NCBI GenBank assembly: GCA_964016885.1
Contig: OZ024743.1
Span: 82,398,001 to 82,462,000, forward strand
Source of the DNA: Eledone cirrhosa
Taxonomy: Eukaryota
Length of the DNA: 64,000 nt
Reading direction: 5' to 3'
Below the pieces are notes generated by a model. That model was not told the origin of the DNA. It saw nothing but the letters and a program-made list of their open reading frames with translations, and did not search any database. The translations under genes and the position numbers were made by a program. Positions 56,733 through 64,000 of this stretch are shown one piece after another (within the stretch, counting starts at the first letter, position 1; each line of letters starts with the position of its first letter).

Positions 56733-57135
56733 TTGTTTCACCTTAGCGAATCCTCAGCTCGTAATGGACATGGTTATACGGGACAGGTAGGACAACCGTA
56801 CGAACGCGCATGCGCAGAAACGGTCACTTCACACAGGCAATACTAAAATGTATGCGAGAGGTGTAAGGGAGATAAGTGCGAAAGTCCGAAAGTTTCTACT
56901 TGATAAGAAAATTATGATGTAATTCATTCCGGAGCTTTGTAGTTATGTTAGAGGTGTTTCGAGACGTGTGGACAACGTGTGAAGAATTCATTTCTCGTGA
57001 AATGATTTCTTCACATGTTGTCCACACGTCTCGATACACCACTTACATGTATAACCATGTCCATTACGAGCTGAGGATCCGCTAAGGTGAAACAATTGTT
57101 CTAGGTATGCTGAACTAACTGTTGTGTAACCACTT
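56733..57135 (+). mobile_element. Fold-back element family N with HHR-like motif
   Basis: 56733-56778 is inverted at 57049-57096; cgag CTGAGGA TCC-GCTAA-GGT GAAA CAATTG TT ctag at 57067-57104; inner hairpin at 56954-57040. Confidence 0.7.
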
Positions 57136-58294
57136 ATATATATATATATATATAGTGAAAAGATAACAAGGACGATTGGTTACTCCTTCATTACATTTAT
57201 TGGTTGGTAACGCGCGTTTCGCCACTGATCAGCTCAATGTTCGATCTGTATCGATCTTACCCGACTCCGTAATCTGCGGCTCGACGGACCCCTTGAAATG
57301 CTAGTGAACCTGCAGTAACTCCAAGTTACACTCCCTGGATATATATATATATATATATATAATATATATATATATCATCGCTATTTAACATCCATTTTCC
57401 ACGCTACCATGTGTTAGATGAGCTGTCGCGTTAGACAAACCAGATCAGATGACCGTGTTGTTTTACTCATACAGAACTTATTTTGGCTTTGTTTCTATGG
57501 TTAGATGCCCTTCCCAACTCCAAATACATTTACAGTGTGTATTGGGTGCTTTTTGTCGTGATACCGACCGAATCACTCTACAGTGTGGACATGTGTGTGT
57601 GTGTGTGTTGAAAGTCTGCTGTGCCGAGACCGGGGAGACCACAAATCAAGGTAGTATTCTATGCATGGGAAGGAGCAGAGTGGGTATAAAGGGAGGCATA
57701 AACCCGACCGCGGGTTTATATATATATATATATATGGACTCCTAAAGCAAAAGCATGGTATATACTACCAAGTCATAGTCGATTGCGAATGTTGGTCATA
57801 GTTCCATAATTGTGTTATCGATGACAACGTGGATTTAATTAATAGAAGCAATAGGTGTTATATAAACAGTTGTAAGGTAAACAGTGTCGGTGTGTGTGTG
57901 TGTGTGTCAGTGTGTGTGTGTGTGTGTGTGTGTCAGTGTGTGTGTGTGTGTGTGTGTGTGTCAGTGTGTGTGTTCCGTAAACATAGTTTTAGTGTTACTG
58001 TGAAAACTTGTAAACCAGATACTGTCGTCAAATTACATAATTTAATGTCACCAGAAAGACGTTGATCGGCATAACTAGTTTCAGAGTTTATTTTATTGAT
58101 TGCTTCATCAGGGATCGATATCTCCTTATGCCAACAACACACAGAATAATAGCCATGTGATGAATATAAGGTGGCGAATTGGCAGAGTCGTTAGAACGTC
58201 GGCTTTCTAAGTTCAAATACTGTCGAGGTCAATTTTGCCTTTCATTCTTTCGTAGTTGACGAAGTACTACTTCAGTATTGGGACCGTTTCATGC

Positions 58295-59005
58295 TCTTTC
58301 TCACTTTCTCTCGCTCTCTTCCTCTCTTTCTCACTTTCTCTCACTCTCTTCCTCTCTTTCTCACTTTCTCTCACTCTCTTCCTCTCTCACTTTCTCTTAC
58401 TCTCTTCCTCTCTTTCTCACTTTCTCTCACTCTCTTCCTCTCTCACTTTCTCTCGCTCTCTTCCTCTCTTTCTCACTTTCTCTCACTCTCTTCCTCTCTC
58501 ACTTTCTCTCGTTCTCTTCCTCTCTTTCTCACTTTCTCTCACTCTCTTCCTCTCTCACTTTCACTCGCTCTCTTCCTCTCTTTCTCACTTTCTGTTACTC
58601 TCTTTCCCTCTCACTTTCTCTCACTCTCTTCCTCTCTTTCTCACTTTCTCTCACTCTCTTCCTCTCTCACTTTCTCTCGTTCTCTTCCTCTCTTTCTCAC
58701 TTTCTCTCACTCTCTTCCTCTCTCACTTTCACTCGCTCTCTTCCTCTCTTTCTCACTTTCTGTTACTCTCTTTCCCTCTCACTTTCTCTCACTCTCTTCC
58801 TCTCTTTCTCACTTTCTCTCACTCTCTTCCTCTCTCACTTTCTCTCACTCTCTTCCTCTCTTTCTCACTTTCTGTTACTCTCTTTCCCTCTCACTTTCTC
58901 TCACTCTCTTCCTCTCTTTCTCACTTTCTCTCACTCTCTTCCTCTCTCACTTTCTCTCACTCTCTTCCTCTCTTTCTCACTTTCTGTTACTCTCTCACTC
59001 TCTTT
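58295..59005. repeat. Polypyrimidine minisatellite (~26-30-bp units with higher-order repetition)
   Basis: TCTCACTTTCTCTCACTCTCTTCCTC(TCTT) repeated. Confidence 0.95.
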
Positions 59006-59342
59006 CTCTGGAAAGAAATCGGCTTTATTCACACTAGGAGAGGGATGGGCTCCACCAGGTTTAAATACACTGAACATGTATATTATTACGGCATCCCTAG
59101 GACTCTATCAGGAGTTGTGAGACTCTGCGTGTATGTATGTATGTGTGTATGTATGTATGTGTGTATGTATGTGTGTATGTATGTAGTACATCCATTATTT
59201 TATTTAATAATTAATATAGTGTATACTATAATTATCTGTAGTATACTTATCTATATACTATAATTATCTCTAAACAACAATTCCCTCCTCTGTCAGTTTA
59301 AATGAGTTACCGATCTGATGTGGAGATGTAATAGACGTTAAA

Positions 59343-59416
<74 letters not shown>

Positions 59417-59508
59417 TCCGTCGGAAAGGTAAAGGTACAGGAAAAGAGAGTGATATTTCTTATATTTTGTTTTCAAATCCATATTTAATAAAAACACCAT
59501 ATTTTATT

Positions 59509-59562
59509 CATTCTGACGACTGAAAACAAATATATCTGCTTTCAAGAAACCACTGGTAAATG
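59509..59562 (+). ncRNA. Type I hammerhead motif, paralogue of 14939-14992
   Basis: catt CTGACGA CTGAAAACAAAT-AT-ATCTGCTTTCAA GAAA CCACTGG TA aatg. Confidence 0.65.
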
Positions 59563-60310
59563 AAATAATTATCTTATGTTGTTTATTACATAACTATATA
59601 TATATATACAGAGAGAGAGGGGGTGAGTCAGTTGTAGCTTGCTTGAACATTGTGGGAATCTGAAAAGCTAGTATGTTTATGAAGCCTCTACGATGAAGGC
59701 AGGGTTATGAATATTGAGGTAATAAAGTTGGATATGAGAGGTAAGGGTGACTGGAAGGAAAGAAAAAGAATGAGAAACGAGCAATATTGTTACCGTTGTG
59801 ATATCATTCTCGATATATTTCGTACTTACCGTTGTCAAGTTATTTGTTTAGAACTTCGATAGTATCGGAGAATAACGTTAGGTCCGTATAGATTGCAAAT
59901 AAAAAATCCTTCGTTTTTCGTTCTTTTTCTTTTCCCTTCCTTCCATTATTTTTCATCACCTCGTTTCTCTTGGATATACAGATAGATACATATCTGCTTA
60001 AATCTTTCTTTTATATCTGTGTGTGTACCTCTCAGTGTCTGTCTATCATGTTACGTACACCCCCACCCCACCCCACCCCACCCCCACCACCACCCCATTG
60101 TTTTTTCCAAGGCTGTCTCTTACTGTCTAGCTACAACTCGGAGTATCTATGGCTTTATCATGGTTTTCTCAATACCTCTTTCAATCTACACATCTCTACC
60201 TCTCTCTATCTACCTCTCTCTATCTATCTATCTATCTATCCCCCTCTCTCTCTATATATAGATATATGTCTATCTGTCTTTCCCTCTCTCTATCTAACTA
60301 TCTCCCCCTC

Positions 60311-60398
<88 letters not shown>

Positions 60399-60644
60399 CT
60401 ATCCTCACAAAACTCTCCCATGTATTACATCTGCTCCTACTTATGTTCCATGTTCCACCCAGCCCTCCAGCTAAAATATGGAGTCTGTTATTGTTGCCTC
60501 ACAACTCCTGGTGCAGTGTTGCATGTGTGTTGTTAATAACTTGCACATGTTTCACACTTGCTACCTATGTAATGTAAAGTAGACTTTACTGATTTCACTC
60601 TCACAATTTCACATCACTTTCATTTTTTACCCATTTCTCTAGAT

Positions 60645-61074
<430 letters not shown>

Positions 61075-61362
61075 GGTAAAGGCGCACGACATAGGGTTAG
61101 CGTGTTCAACTCCGGATTATAAGTTCTTGAGTTCTATTCTCTGAATGGTTTGTGTTGTGCCCTTGAGAAAGATATTATATTTGACGTTGCTTCAGTCCAT
61201 TAGTTGTATCTGTAATAAAGTGGCCATCCTTGTCACGCTGTGTCATGCTGAATCTCCCTGAGAACTACATTAAGGATCCATGTGTCTGTAGAATTCTCAG
61301 CCCCACACGCATTATGGGCAGGCTATTCCGTTGATTGAATCGACTGGGGCACTCGTCATCGA

Positions 61363-61420
<58 letters not shown>

Positions 61421-61422
<2 letters not shown>

Positions 61423-61621
61423 ACGAAGGAAATGTGGTAAGGAACCAGATGGACCATAACGCACCAAAGTACTCAATACTTAGGGTAGTAGAGTGGGTAA
61501 TAGGAAACAGTAAGACCCCGACGGCAGAGCTCAAGCCGTTTCGACGGCTAATTCTGGACTCAGAGTCCAGAATTAGCCGTCGAAACGGCTTGAGCTCTGC
61601 CGTCGGGGTCTTACTTGTTCC

Positions 61622-61624
<3 letters not shown>
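61421..61624 (-). mobile_element. Fold-back element family A
   Basis: Tail, then palindrome 61499-61625 with apex CTGGACTCAGAGTCCAG; (TA)n on both sides. Confidence 0.8.
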
Positions 61625-61683
<59 letters not shown>

Positions 61684-61954
61684 TGTAACTCCTGAGGGAG
61701 TCGTAGGGGCGCCGTAGTGACATACGAAGTTTCTTGGGCATTTTAGAACCTGGTAGAGTCCATCTTTTCTGTATTATATAGGAAGTGAAAAAGAGATATG
61801 AAGACAGGGTTGACCCCAGTACTAGACTGGTACTCTTTCTATCGATCTTGAAATGATGGAAGGCAAATTTGTGGGATTTGAACTCAGAAAGCAGAGATCC
61901 GGAACGAATAGCACAAAGCATTCTATTTGAAGTTCTAACGACTCTGCCAAGTCA

Positions 61955-62032
<78 letters not shown>

Positions 62033-62297
62033 CACTGTTGTTTCTTTATTGTGATATTTCCACACGTGCCTATGTTACATTTATATTTCTTTATTGTCAA
62101 TATATTTATTTAAATTATATATATAGAACTTTCTGTATGAAAGCACATACCTAATGGTTAGGATCTTAAGCAGACGACCTTAAGGTTTTGGGTTCAATTT
62201 CTTGACCTGGTTTCACATTGTCTTCTTGACCAACAGACATCTTTTCACATTGCTTTACATGATACGACTATGGTAACCTCATAAGGAGCTAGCTAAG

Positions 62298-62709
62298 ACT
62301 ACACAACACTACACTGTAACACACAACACTACACTGTAACACACAACACTACAGTGTAACACACACACAAGACTACACTACACACAATACTACACTGTAA
62401 CACACACAACCCTACACTGCAACACACACAACATTGTAACACACACAACACTACACTGTAACACACACAAGAGACATTGTAACACTACACTGTAACTCAC
62501 ACAACGCTACACTGTAACACACAACACTACACTGTAACACACACAACACTACACTGTAACACACACAAGAGACACTGTAACACAACACTACACTGTAACA
62601 CACAACACTACACTGTAACACACACAACACTACACTGTAACACACATAACCCTACACTGTAACACACACAACACTACACTGTAACACACAAAAGAGACAC
62701 TGTAACACA
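62298..62709. repeat. ~20-22-bp minisatellite
   Basis: ACACAACACTACACTGTAAC(AC) repeated. Confidence 0.9.
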
Positions 62710-63026
62710 GCCACCCTAGCGCCTACATTCAATATTTAATATGGGATGTGGGTATGTCAGGTTATATTGTGTGGTATTAGGGAGTTTGTGGGATGTGTGT
62801 GGTATTAAGGAGTTTACTTCTGGTTTGTGGGTATGTCAGATTCTATTGCTATTTACGAGCAATCTAATCGACATGGAACCTGGGGGAGGTGCTGGGGTGG
62901 AGGAGTTTAATAGATAAGATTTTAGAATTGGCATCTTTCCAAAGAAAATTAATAATCTTAGTGTTTGACACAAAACACACAATCCAAATATACACTCACA
63001 TATATATACATATATATATACATTAT

Positions 63027-63073
<47 letters not shown>

Positions 63074-63078
63074 CATAT

Positions 63079-63255
63079 AATTGTTTCTACTTTAGGCACA
63101 AGGCCAGCAATTATCCAGTGCATTACTGGTACTTTATTTTATCGACCCCGTAAGGATGAAAGGCAAAGTCAACCTCGGCGGGATTTGAACTCAGATCATA
63201 AAGGGACGTAACTATGCTTGAAAGCATGGCGTCCGACCCTCTACCGATACTGCCA
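63079..63255 (-). mobile_element. SINE S1 copy
   Basis: Near full-length match to the S1 unit. Confidence 0.85.
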
Positions 63256-63259
63256 TATA

Positions 63260-63562
<303 letters not shown>

Positions 63563-63940
63563 CACATAGATACATACACACATACATACATACACACACA
63601 CACACACGCGCGCGCGTATATTGGGGAAAATCGATTAACTTTTAAATTTCATTTATGATAATATTTTACACGTTTTTATTGTATGTAAACTTCCCCCTTT
63701 GTATTTGTACCATTCTTTTGTGCCCCTGTGGCTAATAATACTCTTTTATTGACCTCGGAAGGGTGAAATACTAAGTTGATCTTGGCAGGTTTTGAACTAA
63801 GAACACATAGGCGTTCTAACGTTTTTGCCAGAATCTCTGTGAAACTCCAGAGTGACAAGATTCATCACTTGGCCATAATAAAAAAATATTGAATTCTACT
63901 TCAGCATTGAGGACTTATTGTCGCATCCGTCGACATCAAA

Positions 63941-63974
<34 letters not shown>

Positions 63975-64000
63975 TGTGTGTGTCTGTGTGTGTGTGTCTG

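Noticed and set aside
58060-58118. CTGATGA..GAAA CTAG TTA on the minus strand as a hammerhead
   Set aside because: Stem II barely pairs and stem I is offset; possibly a decayed copy but not supportable. The same applies to 8880-8925, 42090-42140, 50185-50230 and 55435-55495.
58256-59263. 335/280/248-aa Ser/Leu/Phe-rich ORFs
   Set aside because: Open in all three frames because the pyrimidine satellite cannot encode stop codons.

Overview
AT-rich, repeat-saturated animal DNA, most likely intronic or intergenic sequence from an octopod cephalopod. That assignment is inferred from the SINE types and the extreme (TA)n/(CA)n content and is not proven. No host protein-coding exon could be supported, and almost all ORF-track entries are microsatellite artefacts (poly-YI/HT/VC). 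Recognisable coding remnants are all transposon-derived: two Penelope-like (PLE) GIY-YIG ends, two deleted Helitrons in tandem, CR1, L1/Tx1, RTE (one 5'-inverted) and CRE-like fragments. About 20 tRNA-headed SINE copies and several minisatellites are also present. The most striking signal is a dense, diverse population of short islands sitting inside (TA)n arrays, falling into more than a dozen sequence families. Many carry type I hammerhead ribozyme (HHR) motifs (CUGAnGA-stem II-GAAA-short, often palindromic, stem III-UH, closed by stem I). Many are fold-back palindromes with one short arm and one tailed arm, and several unrelated families share a TTGAGTRC box downstream of the ribozyme. Two HHRs lie directly 3' of PLE endonuclease remnants, which links this system to microsatellite-targeting PLEs. 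All structures were folded by eye and need computational and biochemical confirmation.
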